DNA of 63,022 nucleotides, filler included, from an uncultured archaeon (GCA_964442255.1; 5 parts of 5 records of this genome joined end to end with filler, not necessarily neighbours in it), one strand, 5' to 3'; positions 46,734 through 56,801 are shown, numbered from the whole stretch's first letter. The notes: generated by a model from the letters alone, not told the origin. Made by a program: numbers and translations.

Positions 46734-48002
46734 GTGAAGGGAAAAGCGCTTGCGCTTGGGGCAACGGCTTTTTTGCTTGTTTTCCTGCTTGGCTGCACAA
46801 ACGAAATTCTGCCTTTTCCGGGTGGGGGCGATGACAGCCCTGAAGATGTTCCGGTTGCGGATGACAGTGCCGCGAGCCCTGAAAAGGTTGAAGCGGTTGT
46901 GAACGCAAACAACGGGTTTGCGTTTGACCTTTACGCAAAATACAAGGACCAGTTTGAGGGAGAAAACGTGTTTTTTTCCCCTTACAGCATTTCAACCGCT
47001 TTGGCGATGACCTGTGAAGGCGCAAGGGGAAAAACGGCGGAAGAAATGCAGTCTGTCCTGTATTTTCCGAAGGATGAAGATGTAAGGAGACCGGGTTTTG
47101 CGAGAATCTACAACCAAATAAACAAGGAAGGCAAGGAATACAGGTTAAGCACTGCAAACGCGTTGTGGGCGCAAAAAGATTACAAATTTTTGGACGAATA
47201 CTTCACGGTAGTTGAAAGCTTTTATGGCGGAAAAGCCACAAACATGGATTTCGGCAAAGACCCGGAAGGTTCGCGGCAGACAATCAACAATTGGGTGGAA
47301 GAGAAGACAAACAACAAGATAAAGGACTTGATTCCTGCGGGGGTGCTCTTAACCAGATTGGTTTTAACGAACGCAATCTATTTTAAGGGCACCTGGGTTT
47401 CACAGTTTGATGAAGAAAAAACAAGGGAAGAGGATTTCAGGGTGGATGGAGGGAAAACCGTTAAGGCTGAAATGATGTATTTGAAGGATGATGAGGCGGA
47501 ATTCAATTACGCTGAAACAGATGATTTGCAGTTGCTTGAAATGGATTACAAGGGTGAAGACCTGTCAATGATTGTGATTCTGCCTAAAGAGGGTTCTTTG
47601 GAAAAGGTTGAGGAAATGCTTTCAGCCGAAAAATTGGCTGAGTGGAAGGAAATGATGCATGAAAGGGAAGTGGACATTTTTTTTCCTAAATTCAAGTTTG
47701 AAACCAAATACTTTATGGCGCAGGACCTTTCTGAAATGGGAATGCCTTCTGCTTTTGGTGGTGCGGATTTTTCTGGAATGACAGGCAATAAGAATTTGTT
47801 TATCAGTGAAGTCATTCACCAGGCTTTTGTTGAGGTGAATGAAAAGGGAACCGAGGCCGCGGCAGCCACTGCAGTGATTATAAAGGAAATGATTTCAATG
47901 CCGACGGTTTTCAGGGCAGACCATCCCTTCATTTTTTTGATTCAACAGAAGCAAACAGGGAACATTCTGTTTCTTGGAAAGGTAATGGACCCGGCAAAAT
48001 GA
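46734..48002 (+). CDS. serpin, lipoprotein-anchored
   Basis: LLGC lipobox, NVFFSPYSI, NAIYFKG.W, VNEKGTEAAAAT, FRADHPF. Confidence 0.95.
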   Translation: MKGKALALGATAFLLVFLLGCTNEILPFPGGGDDSPEDVPVADDSAASPEKVEAVVNANNGFAFDLYAKYKDQFEGENVFFSPYSISTALAMTCEGARGKTAEEMQSVLYFPKDEDVRRPGFARIYNQINKEGKEYRLSTANALWAQKDYKFLDEYFTVVESFYGGKATNMDFGKDPEGSRQTINNWVEEKTNNKIKDLIPAGVLLTRLVLTNAIYFKGTWVSQFDEEKTREEDFRVDGGKTVKAEMMYLKDDEAEFNYAETDDLQLLEMDYKGEDLSMIVILPKEGSLEKVEEMLSAEKLAEWKEMMHEREVDIFFPKFKFETKYFMAQDLSEMGMPSAFGGADFSGMTGNKNLFISEVIHQAFVEVNEKGTEAAAATAVIIKEMISMPTVFRADHPFIFLIQQKQTGNILFLGKVMDPAK

Positions 48003-48040
48003 CTTTTTTAAAAAGAATCGCAGCGGGTTAGACTTTTTGT

Positions 48041-48277
48041 TTACTTTCTTTTTGAGGGCATTTTGCCTGTTGCCCTGTTGCTTTCCAATAGGTCGTGAAT
48101 TCGCCTTTCAAGGGCAGAGTATTTTTTTTCTTTTAGCAGAACCTGCATTTCAAGCAGTTTTGCTTGCCAGAAATCCGGCTTTTTTTCGTTATTCACTTCA
48201 TCCAACAGTTCAGATAGTTTTCGTTTAACCAATGAAATTACCTCCGCAAAACAGGTTCCCTGAATAAAGGCAACCAT
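48041..48277 (-). CDS. hypothetical protein
   Basis: 78-aa ORF. Confidence 0.35.
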   Translation of the reverse strand: MVAFIQGTCFAEVISLVKRKLSELLDEVNNEKKPDFWQAKLLEMQVLLKEKKYSALERRIHDLLESNRATGKMPSKRK

Positions 48278-48323
48278 TTAGTGTGGTTCAAACAAGTATT
48301 TTAGCTTAACGGCACTGCACTAA

Positions 48324-48506
48324 TCAAAAAGGCTTGGCAGTCTTGTATTTCAGGGTTTCAATTCCGCTTACGCGAGCGGACAACTCCAATAAATCCTGTT
48401 CAAGCGAGCTGATTCGCTTGGCTTGTGCTTCAATCGTTTCAACCAAATTGCGGAAAGCCTTTGTTTGGGTTGGTTTTGAATCTGTTTCAGTTGTTTCGTT
48501 TTTCAT
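48324..48506 (-). CDS. short coiled-coil hypothetical protein
   Basis: 60-aa ORF with TATA-like element upstream. Confidence 0.4.
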   Translation of the reverse strand: MKNETTETDSKPTQTKAFRNLVETIEAQAKRISSLEQDLLELSARVSGIETLKYKTAKPF

Positions 48507-48605
48507 AGAAAATTAGTGGTTGGGAGGGGTTATATACTAATGCATTTACTCCTGTCACGCAGCGGGTGAGATCCAAACAAACTTTTTAGAAAAAAGTTTG
48601 ATCAA

Positions 48606-48705
48606 NNNNNNNNNNNNNNNNNNNNNNNNNNNNNNNNNNNNNNNNNNNNTTAATTAATTAANNNNNNNNNNNNNNNNNNNNNNNNNNNNNNNNNNNNNNN
48701 NNNNN
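48606..48705. other. artificial scaffold linker
   Basis: N-run + TTAATTAATTAA + N-run. Confidence 0.97.
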
Positions 48706-48760
48706 TGCTCTGCCGCCGTGAGCAGACGGCGATGAAGACAGATGGGCGGACTGAGGGCGC
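48706..48760 (+). ncRNA. candidate box C/D sRNA (5'-truncated)
   Basis: ATGAAGA (48732) - 12 nt - CTGA (48751), preceded by a short hairpin. Confidence 0.4.
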
Positions 48761-48761
48761 T

Positions 48762-49604
48762 CTACTTGAACTTATAGCTCAGCAGCTTGTAAACCAGCAA
48801 TGCGGCGGTGAAATCCGGGGCTTTTGCCTGCATTGGAAGAAGTTCAGTGAAGTCCGCGCCAACCAAATTCTTTTTTTCCGCAACTTTCCGGAGCAGCCCC
48901 GTCACCTGATACCAGTCCAGCCCGCCTGGTTCGGGGGTGCCGGTGGAAGGAAAAACCGCGGGGTCAAAGACATCAAAATCCAGGGAAACGTAAACATTTT
49001 CACTCAGTTCAGATAGAACTTTTTCCATCCAGCCCGAGGAGTTCAGGATTTCACGCGCAAAAAAAACCTTTCCCTTAACCAGTTTTTCTTTTTCCTCCGC
49101 GGACATGCTGCGGATTCCGGCTGAAACAATGTTTTCAACAAACTCTTTTGCCCTTGCAATCACACAGCCGTGGCTTAACTTGCTTCCCTGAAAGCTGTCC
49201 CTTAAATCCATGTGCGCGTCAAGATGCAGGATGCTCATGTTTTCGAATTTTTCCGCGTGCGCCTTTATTGCGCCCACAGCCACCGTGTGCTCTCCGCCCA
49301 AAACCACCACAAACTTTTCATCTGAAAGAAACTCTTTGCATTTTTCGTAAACTTTTTCAACCATTTCCCCGGAGGTTTCTGCCTTAACTTCTTCCGCAGT
49401 AAAAATTCCTTTTTCGTAAACACTTGAATCGGTTTCAATGTCGTATACTTCCATAAAATGCGACGCTTCAAGCAAGGCCTTCGGCCCCTGGGCAGAGCCC
49501 TTCAGCCACGAAGCTGTCTTATCGAATGGAACCGGAAGCAAAACTATTTTTGACTCCCCGCAGGGAAAAAGTTTTTTTGGCAAAGGGGAATAATGCATTT
49601 TCAA
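48762..49604 (-). CDS. speB: agmatinase
   Basis: GGEH, DAHMD, SHG, DFDVFDP, TGTPEPGG. Confidence 0.94.
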   Translation of the reverse strand: MKMHYSPLPKKLFPCGESKIVLLPVPFDKTASWLKGSAQGPKALLEASHFMEVYDIETDSSVYEKGIFTAEEVKAETSGEMVEKVYEKCKEFLSDEKFVVVLGGEHTVAVGAIKAHAEKFENMSILHLDAHMDLRDSFQGSKLSHGCVIARAKEFVENIVSAGIRSMSAEEKEKLVKGKVFFAREILNSSGWMEKVLSELSENVYVSLDFDVFDPAVFPSTGTPEPGGLDWYQVTGLLRKVAEKKNLVGADFTELLPMQAKAPDFTAALLVYKLLSYKFK

Positions 49605-50095
49605 TCAACAAAAACAGCGGCACTTAAAACGGTCAGCCACACTTTTTTCATTCCCTGCCCTGAGCAGGAAACGCTTTGGGTTTCAAATCCCCCTTCCTGA
49701 AGTGATTCATCCAGCCCGAGTTTTCCTGCAAGCATTTTGGACGCAAACTGTTCTGCTTCTTTTGCGCATTCCTCTTCCCCGGCGGTTGAAGCCCGGTTCA
49801 CCAGGTAGCCGAACGAGTTTTCTTCCCTTTTTTTTGCCATGCCGACCGCGGAAGAAATGAATTCCTCATTGTTGGTCTGGTTTTTTGCCATCACGCAGAA
49901 AACAATCTGCCCCGGCTTTAATTCACCCAAGCCCTCCTCTTTGGCCACCAATTCGCATCCGGGGGGAAAAATGCTGGAAACATACACCAGATTGAATTTC
50001 TCTATTCCCGCGTCCTTTAAAGCCAGTTCAAATGAGCCGAGCCTGTCCTTGTGTGTGCCGGTTCCCGAGGCAAAAAACATTTTCCCTGGAATCAT
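49601..50095 (-). CDS. pdaD: pyruvoyl-dependent arginine decarboxylase
   Basis: SFELAL..AGIE.FNLV.VSSIFPP with Ser-Ser cleavage site. Confidence 0.9.
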   Translation of the reverse strand: MIPGKMFFASGTGTHKDRLGSFELALKDAGIEKFNLVYVSSIFPPGCELVAKEEGLGELKPGQIVFCVMAKNQTNNEEFISSAVGMAKKREENSFGYLVNRASTAGEEECAKEAEQFASKMLAGKLGLDESLQEGGFETQSVSCSGQGMKKVWLTVLSAAVFVD

Positions 50096-50152
50096 CCTGA
50101 TTTCATTAACCCGAAACAGGGTTTTAAACTTATCTGGTGAAAGATTTTTTCT

Positions 50153-50653
50153 ATGTGGAAGGCAATTGAAAAGCATTTCCGTGCCTTTCCGGCGCAGGCA
50201 AAGGTTGCCGCCCTCTTTCTGCAGACAGGGCTGAGCGTAAGGAAGGGAAAAGTTTACTGCAACGAAATAGAGGTTCCCGCTTTAAGGATAGCGAAGGCAT
50301 GCAAAGTGGACAGAAGGGCAGTGAATGCGACGGTTAAAACAATTTCAAAGGAGCAGGAACTGAACGCAATTTACTGCAACCTGAAGGCAACCGCCTTTTT
50401 CAGCGAGGTCGCGCCTTCATTGAAGGCGGGGGTGATTGAAATCATTCCCCGCAATGCGGCAATGCCCGGGATTGTTGCAGATGTTACAAGGATTATTGCG
50501 GAAATGAAAATAAGCATAAGGCAGTGCATTGCGGAAGAGCCCGCCTTTGTTGAAAAGCCTAAGCTGTTTGTGATAACGGAAAAGCCTGTTCCGCCTTACG
50601 CACTGGAAGAACTGAAGAAAGCGAAAGGCGTGAAGAGCATTACTGTACACTGA
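50153..50653 (+). CDS. HTH-ACT amino acid metabolism regulator (COG2150-like)
   Basis: FPAQ.KVA..GL.V, VDRR, PGIVA, ISIRQ. Confidence 0.85.
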   Translation: MWKAIEKHFRAFPAQAKVAALFLQTGLSVRKGKVYCNEIEVPALRIAKACKVDRRAVNATVKTISKEQELNAIYCNLKATAFFSEVAPSLKAGVIEIIPRNAAMPGIVADVTRIIAEMKISIRQCIAEEPAFVEKPKLFVITEKPVPPYALEELKKAKGVKSITVH

Positions 50654-50656
50654 CCC

Positions 50657-50715
50657 TTAAGGCAGGTACCGGAACCGCGGGTTCTGATGCACACTTTTGT
50701 GCAACAAAGCCTTAA
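50657..50715. mobile_element. tiny TTAA-bounded MITE-like element (copy C)
   Basis: TTAAGGC..GCCTTAA; core matches 14446-14477 in reverse. Confidence 0.5.
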
Positions 50716-50752
50716 ATATGACCTTGTGTGCAGGTATGTAAGTGGAATAAAA

Positions 50753-51140
50753 ATGAAAAGAAGGGATTTACTTTGGGTCGCGTTCCGCGGAAATTCCGTT
50801 AGCGAAGCTCAGGCCGCATGAAAAAACATCCCACGCTAATTTTCGGAAAGTATTGGATTCCATTCTTGAGAACGGCTTTCTCCGGGAGCAGCCGATTCTG
50901 GTTGACAAAAATTATCGCATTATATTGGACGGCCACCACAGGGCGCGGTGCCTAAGGTTTTTGGGAATGGAAAACATTCCCGCAAAGGAAGTGGACTACT
51001 TTTCTGCTGAAGTGAATGTGAAGGCAAGAAGGCAGGGGATTAAGGTTTCAAAGGAAAAGGTTCTGGAAACCGCATTAAAGGGAGAGCTTTTTCCGCACAA
51101 ATCAACGAAACACTTTTTCAAAGGAGGAAAACAAGAATGA
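50753..51140 (+). CDS. ParB/Srx-fold SerK/SbnI-like protein; start frameshifted or non-canonical
   Basis: Frame open from 50757: [37 protein letters not shown] 50753 is one base out of frame. Confidence 0.7.
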
Positions 51141-52468
51141 AAGCAAAAGAAAAACTTCAGAGAATTGATTTGGGGAAAGAAAAGCTGCCGAAGCAGTACT
51201 ACAACATCATTCCGGATTTGCCCCTGCCATTGGAACCGCCGCTTAACCCGGAAACCATGGAGCCTATAAGCCCAGAGGCACTGGAGCCGCTGTTTCCTAA
51301 AGCGCTCATAAGGCAGGAGGTTTCAAGCGAAAGGTTCATTGAGATTCCGGGAAAAGTGCGGGAGCAGTACATTCAGATTGGAAGGCCGAGGCCCATAAGC
51401 AGGGCATTAAACCTGGAAAAGCATTTGGGTTTGCCGGAGAAGGTGAAAATTTTTTTCAAGCGCGAAGACCTCTCTCCAGTTGGTTCGCATAAATCCAACA
51501 CTTCCCTTGCGCAGGCATTTTATGCGAAAAAGGAAGGGTTTGAGAAGCTTACCACTGAAACTGGTGCAGGCCAGTGGGGCTCCGCATTGAGTTTGGCCGC
51601 CGCCTTCAATGAAATGGAGTGCGAGGTTTTTATGGTAAGGAGCTCTTTTGAGCAGAAGCCTTACAGGAAGCATGTGATGAATTTGTTTGGCGCAACCGTG
51701 CATTCCTCCCCAAGCGAAAAAACGGGGTTCGGGAAAAAGGTAAGGAAACAGTTTCCTGAAACTCCCGGCTCTTTGGGGATAGCGATTTCCGAGGCAATCG
51801 AGGTTGCGGCGCAAAACCCTAAAGCCGTTTACTCCCTCGGCTCAGTCCTGAATCACGTGCTGTTGCACCAGTCGGTTATCGGCCTGGAGGCAATGCAGCA
51901 AATGAAGTCTGTTGAGGAAGAGCCTGACTCAATAATCGGCTGCGTGGGGGGAGGAAGCAATTTCGCCGGCTTGGCTTACCCTTTTCTCACGGAAAAGCTT
52001 AAGGGAAAAAGGGAATGCGAATTCATCGGGGTTGAGCCTGATGTTGTTCCAAGCCTGACAAAAGGAAGGTTTGAATACGATTTTGGGGACACAGCCCAGA
52101 CAACTCCCCTCCTAAAGATGTACACCCTGGGCTGTGATTTTGTCCCTGAAGCAATTCATGCCGGAGGGCTGCGCTATCACGGCGATGCCCCCTCCCTTTC
52201 CCTCTTAAAGCATTTGGGCTGCATTAAGGCCCAGAGCTTTAACCAGAAGGAAACCTTTGAGGCGGGAAGGCTTTTCGCGAAAACAGAGGGAATTATTCCG
52301 GCACCGGAAACCAATTTCGCAATCAAAGCCGCAATGGAAAGGGCTTTGAAAGCCAAGAAAAAGGGCGAGAAGTGCTGTATTCTCTTCAATTTCAGCGGCC
52401 ACGGGTTGCTGGATTTGGGGGGTTACGCACAAAACACAGCTTTCCCTGTAAAAGGCCGGTATTTATAA
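51137..52468 (+). CDS. trpB: tryptophan synthase beta, TrpB2 type
   Basis: [48 protein letters not shown]. Confidence 0.95.
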   Translation: MKAKEKLQRIDLGKEKLPKQYYNIIPDLPLPLEPPLNPETMEPISPEALEPLFPKALIRQEVSSERFIEIPGKVREQYIQIGRPRPISRALNLEKHLGLPEKVKIFFKREDLSPVGSHKSNTSLAQAFYAKKEGFEKLTTETGAGQWGSALSLAAAFNEMECEVFMVRSSFEQKPYRKHVMNLFGATVHSSPSEKTGFGKKVRKQFPETPGSLGIAISEAIEVAAQNPKAVYSLGSVLNHVLLHQSVIGLEAMQQMKSVEEEPDSIIGCVGGGSNFAGLAYPFLTEKLKGKRECEFIGVEPDVVPSLTKGRFEYDFGDTAQTTPLLKMYTLGCDFVPEAIHAGGLRYHGDAPSLSLLKHLGCIKAQSFNQKETFEAGRLFAKTEGIIPAPETNFAIKAAMERALKAKKKGEKCCILFNFSGHGLLDLGGYAQNTAFPVKGRYL

Positions 52469-52572
52469 AGCCTTTCGCTTTTCCGCTTAGGGAGAGGTAT
52501 TTAAATTGAATGTTACAGGCTTTTATGTGGAATTATTGCGCCTTTTGGGCTTATTTTTAACGGAGGGATTTA

Positions 52573-52974
52573 ATGGCAGAAGAATCAGAGAAAACAGATA
52601 AAAAAGAGGAATTAAAGGAAAAAGCGCAGGAGGAAGCAGAGGAAGAGGAATTGGAAGGAGAAAGCCTGCCTTTTCCTCGCGCCACAATCGTGAACATGCT
52701 GAGAAAAAACCTTGACCCCGGCAAGCAAATCAAGGGGCAGGTGAAGGTTGAATTAAACAAGTGGCTTGGGAAAATGGTTGAAAGGGTCGCGGAAAAAATG
52801 AACTCGCATCCTTACACTTACGTGGACGGGTCAATGTTAAGGGATGCGGTTGAAACATATGAAAACGTGCAGGACATTGAAAAAGAAAAGGAAAGAATCA
52901 TCAGGCAAATGGAGGCCGTTAAGGCAGCCTGCGACGTTTTAATAAACGAAGTGGACAGAAAGTTCGTGAAATAG
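52573..52974 (+). CDS. atypical histone-fold protein with acidic N tail and C-terminal helix
   Basis: LPFPRATIVNMLRKNL..KQIK; long C-terminal helix. Confidence 0.65.
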   Translation: MAEESEKTDKKEELKEKAQEEAEEEELEGESLPFPRATIVNMLRKNLDPGKQIKGQVKVELNKWLGKMVERVAEKMNSHPYTYVDGSMLRDAVETYENVQDIEKEKERIIRQMEAVKAACDVLINEVDRKFVK

Positions 52975-52975
52975 T

Positions 52976-55819
52976 TTAACAGTCCGCTTCCTCATTCACA
53001 AGAATCAGCCCGTAAACTGCCGGCAAAGTGTAAGGGTTAGGGATTTCTTCCAGGCAATAGGTGCCGCCTTCCTGTTTTGGGAGTTCATCTGTAGGCGCAA
53101 CGCGGGAGTAGCCCGCGTAAGCGCTTAAATCCAAACTTTTGTCTTCATTGGAGGCGTTGACTATTGCAACTCCGTTTTGGTATTCCCTTTTGAACACTTC
53201 GCTTTCACCGGGAAAAACGTATTCTTCCACTGTGGAATGCGTTTCAGTGGGTTCTCCCAGTGGGGCGTCCCATTCAGGGAGATAGGGGTGGTCAATCCAT
53301 TCCGAGGAGTAAGAGTAATTAAGGTAAGAGGCGTCATTGCGTACAATCAGGTAGGAAGCTGTGACAAGCATTCTGGGCTGCTCATCCATTGAAGGCTCAA
53401 CAAAGTAGGGCTTGGCGTTCAGGACAATTGTTTGCCCGGGCTGGGCTGACGCAATCACATTATCCATGTTTTGCTTCCAGCTTTCCTTTGACCAGCCCCC
53501 CCCTGCACGCGCATAAAGCCCGTACAGGTTGTAAATGAATCCTTCATGCAGTGCGCCGGAGCAGGCGCCGGTGTAATAAGTCGGGTTTTTGGAAGAGGGA
53601 ACTGTCGCAAGGGCGTTAACAAACAATTTTTTTGGTGAAATTGCCTCCTGCTTTTGGCGGATGTTTTCCCGCATGCCGGCCTGCCACTCCGCTTCACTAT
53701 AGCCTTTCGGGACCGCGTCAAACCCGCTTCTTAAACTCCAGTTTGCCTGGTCCCCAAACAGGCCCCCAAAAGAAGAAACCCCCGCGGCCTCATACATGCT
53801 TACAACCCTTGAGGCAAGGGTCTGAAGCATGTCCCTCCAGGACTGGCTGCCAATGTCCATCAAATAGTAGCCTCCGGCAGGGTTTTTAATGCGGTTGTTC
53901 ACATGGGTTGTGAGGTTTTCGTCTTCAGCCAAAGGAAGCCTGAAAGTTTCTTCCAAATTGTCCGTGAACTGCACTGCATACGCGAAGCCTTTTCCCTTTG
54001 ACTTTTCGTCTTCCCCCAAAACATAAGTGTGGGTGGCGGTGTAGGTTTCACCGTCTGAAGTGGAGAGGGCAAGCTCCTCTCCTGCCTCAAAACTCCAGTC
54101 AGCATCCAAATCCGCGAGAATCCTTGCATCCGAAACTGCTGCGCCCTCGGCTTTCCTCACTTTAACCTCAAAATTGAAAACAACCTGTGTTGCCGCAGGG
54201 TTATGGGTGTCGTCATCCGGTGTTGCAGTGGAGGAAACCGAGTAAAGGACCAGGTTTGGCGGAGCAGTGGTTGGAGAAAACGTGACTTCATGCGAGTAGC
54301 CTGTTTCCTCTCCTTCACGGATTGATTTAACGCGGTAATAATATGTTTGCCCGTTTGTCAGCCCCGAATCAGTGAAAGTCGTTTCAGTTAAAACCGCAGG
54401 ATTAAGTTTAGCGTAGTTTGTTCCGTCCCCGCTTCTGTACAGGTTGTATCCCTCTACACCTGGCCTTTCATCCGCCTCCCAAAAAACTTCAATTGTTCCG
54501 TTTCCGGGAATGAAAGTGAAGGAAGCCGGATCGGTTGCGTGCGTGAAGCGTTCCTCAACTTCATTCACTTCATCAAAGTTTATCCAGCTCCTTTCATAGG
54601 GGGCGTGCATTGCAAGCATGTCTGTCTGGTGGAAAACCATTACATCCGGGTAAGCTTGAACGAATTCCGCTATTCCGCTGTAGCCGGGCTCATAAGAATG
54701 GATAACCAAATCAAAGTATTCCCCAATGTTTGCTTCTGCGCCCACATTTTCGCCCCTGTAGCCTGCAGCCGATTTCACTGCCTTCAAGTAAACCACTTCC
54801 TCCGCTGAATCCGAAACAGTTACAACCAGCATGTCGGTTGCGGTGTTTCCCGCCGCATCCCTGACAGTGAGTGTTGCAGTGTAGGTTCCCGCGAAAGTGT
54901 AGGCATGCGAAGCGGTTGCGCCCAACGCGTCTTCCCCCACTCCATTCGAGGCATCAAAATCCCACGCATAATAAGTTATTCCGTAATCATCGTAAGAGCT
55001 TCCGCCGTCAAAGTTAACTGCAGAGCCTGTTTCGGCTGACTTGTCGGGGCCTGCTAAAGCGGTTGGGGGGGTTGAATCAGTTAAAGCCGGAGTTGGGCTT
55101 GTCACAGTACCGCCGCCCCCGCCCCCTCCGCCTGAAACGGAGCCTGAAACAACGTTCACATTCAATGTGTCAGAGCCTTCCGCGCCCTCGTCGTCCCTCA
55201 CTTTCAGGGTTACCGTATAGTTTCCGGTTGAGGTGTATGCGTGCTTTGGGTAAAGGGTTCCTGAAGCCGTTGAACCGTCCCCAAAATCCCATTCAATTGA
55301 ATGCGTGTCTCCCGAAGCGTCAAAAAAGCTGCCCGCAAACAAAACAATCTGCCCTTTCCTTGCGGTCTTGCTTTTTCCCGCTTCCACTGAAGGGATGGTG
55401 TTTGAAACTGAAATGATTCTGGAGGCGGTGCTCTTGTAACCCGTGTTGTCTGTCACAGTAAGGGAAACCTTGTAGACTCCGTTGTCGGAAAAAACGTGGA
55501 CAGGGTTTTTTTCTTCGCTTGTTTTCCCGTCCCCGAAGTCCCAGTGCCAGGAAATAATGCTCCGCCAAAGCTTGGGAACAGAAAAGTCCGTGAACTGGAT
55601 TCCCGTTCCCTCTATTGCCGTGGGAGAAAACAGGGGATTAGCGCGTGTGGGGACTGGTTCAAGGGTTGCCGGGTCATCAAAGCCGGCTTCACTCCACCAC
55701 CTTTCCCCGCCTTCCACTGTCTCAGTTCCAACGGCAAGGGAAAGCATCATAAGGTTGACTGAGGCGACGGCCATCATCAGCACCACGGCCACCACGACAA
55801 TTGCCTCAAGGTTAAGCAT
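52976..55819 (-). CDS. large surface protein: three PKD, FN3 and putative glycoside hydrolase-like TIM barrel
   Basis: Three WDF(G)D PKD repeats, GYNLYRS FN3, YLMDIGS..W..GLFGD, FKREYQNG; GGAGGA SD before ATG 55819. Confidence 0.75.
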   Translation of the reverse strand: MLNLEAIVVVAVVLMMAVASVNLMMLSLAVGTETVEGGERWWSEAGFDDPATLEPVPTRANPLFSPTAIEGTGIQFTDFSVPKLWRSIISWHWDFGDGKTSEEKNPVHVFSDNGVYKVSLTVTDNTGYKSTASRIISVSNTIPSVEAGKSKTARKGQIVLFAGSFFDASGDTHSIEWDFGDGSTASGTLYPKHAYTSTGNYTVTLKVRDDEGAEGSDTLNVNVVSGSVSGGGGGGGGTVTSPTPALTDSTPPTALAGPDKSAETGSAVNFDGGSSYDDYGITYYAWDFDASNGVGEDALGATASHAYTFAGTYTATLTVRDAAGNTATDMLVVTVSDSAEEVVYLKAVKSAAGYRGENVGAEANIGEYFDLVIHSYEPGYSGIAEFVQAYPDVMVFHQTDMLAMHAPYERSWINFDEVNEVEERFTHATDPASFTFIPGNGTIEVFWEADERPGVEGYNLYRSGDGTNYAKLNPAVLTETTFTDSGLTNGQTYYYRVKSIREGEETGYSHEVTFSPTTAPPNLVLYSVSSTATPDDDTHNPAATQVVFNFEVKVRKAEGAAVSDARILADLDADWSFEAGEELALSTSDGETYTATHTYVLGEDEKSKGKGFAYAVQFTDNLEETFRLPLAEDENLTTHVNNRIKNPAGGYYLMDIGSQSWRDMLQTLASRVVSMYEAAGVSSFGGLFGDQANWSLRSGFDAVPKGYSEAEWQAGMRENIRQKQEAISPKKLFVNALATVPSSKNPTYYTGACSGALHEGFIYNLYGLYARAGGGWSKESWKQNMDNVIASAQPGQTIVLNAKPYFVEPSMDEQPRMLVTASYLIVRNDASYLNYSYSSEWIDHPYLPEWDAPLGEPTETHSTVEEYVFPGESEVFKREYQNGVAIVNASNEDKSLDLSAYAGYSRVAPTDELPKQEGGTYCLEEIPNPYTLPAVYGLILVNEEADC

Positions 55820-55880
55820 TCCTCCGGGTCCGGAAAAATCCGTTAAAGGCATGCACCCTAAAAAAGGCTTTTCAGCTATT

Positions 55881-56495
55881 TTAAGTTTTCCTTTCCGGTT
55901 TTTTTTGGCTTTTCCCGGAAAAAAAAAGTTTTTTTTTCCGGATTCCCAGTGTTTCCCCTGCCTTGCGCGCAATCGCTGAATGCCTGTTCAAATAAATGAA
56001 TGAATCAAGCGTGGAAACGTTGTGCACCCTGCGTTCGGTGGACGCCTTTTCAAAGTCAATTATAACGGGCTTTCCTTTCCTTACAAGAATGTTTTTTCCT
56101 TTTCCCGCGAGCTGCCCGTGGTCCAGGTGAATTGAGTCAAGTTTTTTTGCCTGCGCGAAAAGTTCTTTCAGGAATGATTCCAGCTCTTTTTTGCCTGGTC
56201 CGGAAAAAAGCCATTCATTGAATGTTTTTCCTTCAATGAATTCCATCAGGATAATTCTTTTCTTGAAGTCCCGGCCCAACAGCTTTGGGCCTATTCCAGC
56301 TGAATTCGCGAGCTTAAGGTTTTTCACTTCCCTTTCAGCCATTTCCTTTCGCGGGGAGTTTTCTTTCTCCAGCTTTAACGCGAATTTTTGCCCTTCATTG
56401 TCCTTTACTGAATAGATTTCGCTGGAATAGCCTTTCGAGATTTTTTCAATTAGCGAAAGCTTTTTTTCTTTCAGGAATTCTTCCAGGCGTTCCAT
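55881..56495 (-). CDS. RIO/Bud32-like Ser/Thr kinase (COG2112-like)
   Basis: KGYSS, ALK, GIGPKL, MEFIEG, DHGQL, NIL, IIDFE. Confidence 0.85.
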   Translation of the reverse strand: MERLEEFLKEKKLSLIEKISKGYSSEIYSVKDNEGQKFALKLEKENSPRKEMAEREVKNLKLANSAGIGPKLLGRDFKKRIILMEFIEGKTFNEWLFSGPGKKELESFLKELFAQAKKLDSIHLDHGQLAGKGKNILVRKGKPVIIDFEKASTERRVHNVSTLDSFIYLNRHSAIARKAGETLGIRKKKLFFSGKSQKKPERKT

Positions 56496-56537
56496 AAACA
56501 GGGAATTAAAGAAAGTAAATAAAAAAAGAAAAGTTTT

Positions 56538-56801
56538 TCAGAAAAACTTTTTGAATTGGGATAAGAGAACGCCAAACGCGACAAGGATTATGAGGGCAGG
56601 CCAGAAAGGGAAATTGAATTCCCACCATCCAAGGTCATTGCCCAGCCATGTGACGCCCCAGGCAAGAATCAGCAGGCCGGACAACAGCCAGCCCAAACTT
56701 AATTTTTCCCTGCGGCGGAACGCGTGCGGGTTGGCAAACTTTGCCTCCATGCTTTTCCCGAAGCCTTCGCCCCACTCACCCCAATCTTTCCCGGATTTCA
56801 T
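56538..56801 (-). CDS. small two-TM protein (LiaI/DUF5668-like)
   Basis: GLLILAWG..WL..FWPALIILVAFG. Confidence 0.55.
   Translation of the reverse strand: MKSGKDWGEWGEGFGKSMEAKFANPHAFRRREKLSLGWLLSGLLILAWGVTWLGNDLGWWEFNFPFWPALIILVAFGVLLSQFKKFF

Noticed and set aside
55820..55972. N-terminal extension of the PKD protein
   Set aside because: Overlaps the kinase gene; SD and signal-like segment begin at 55819
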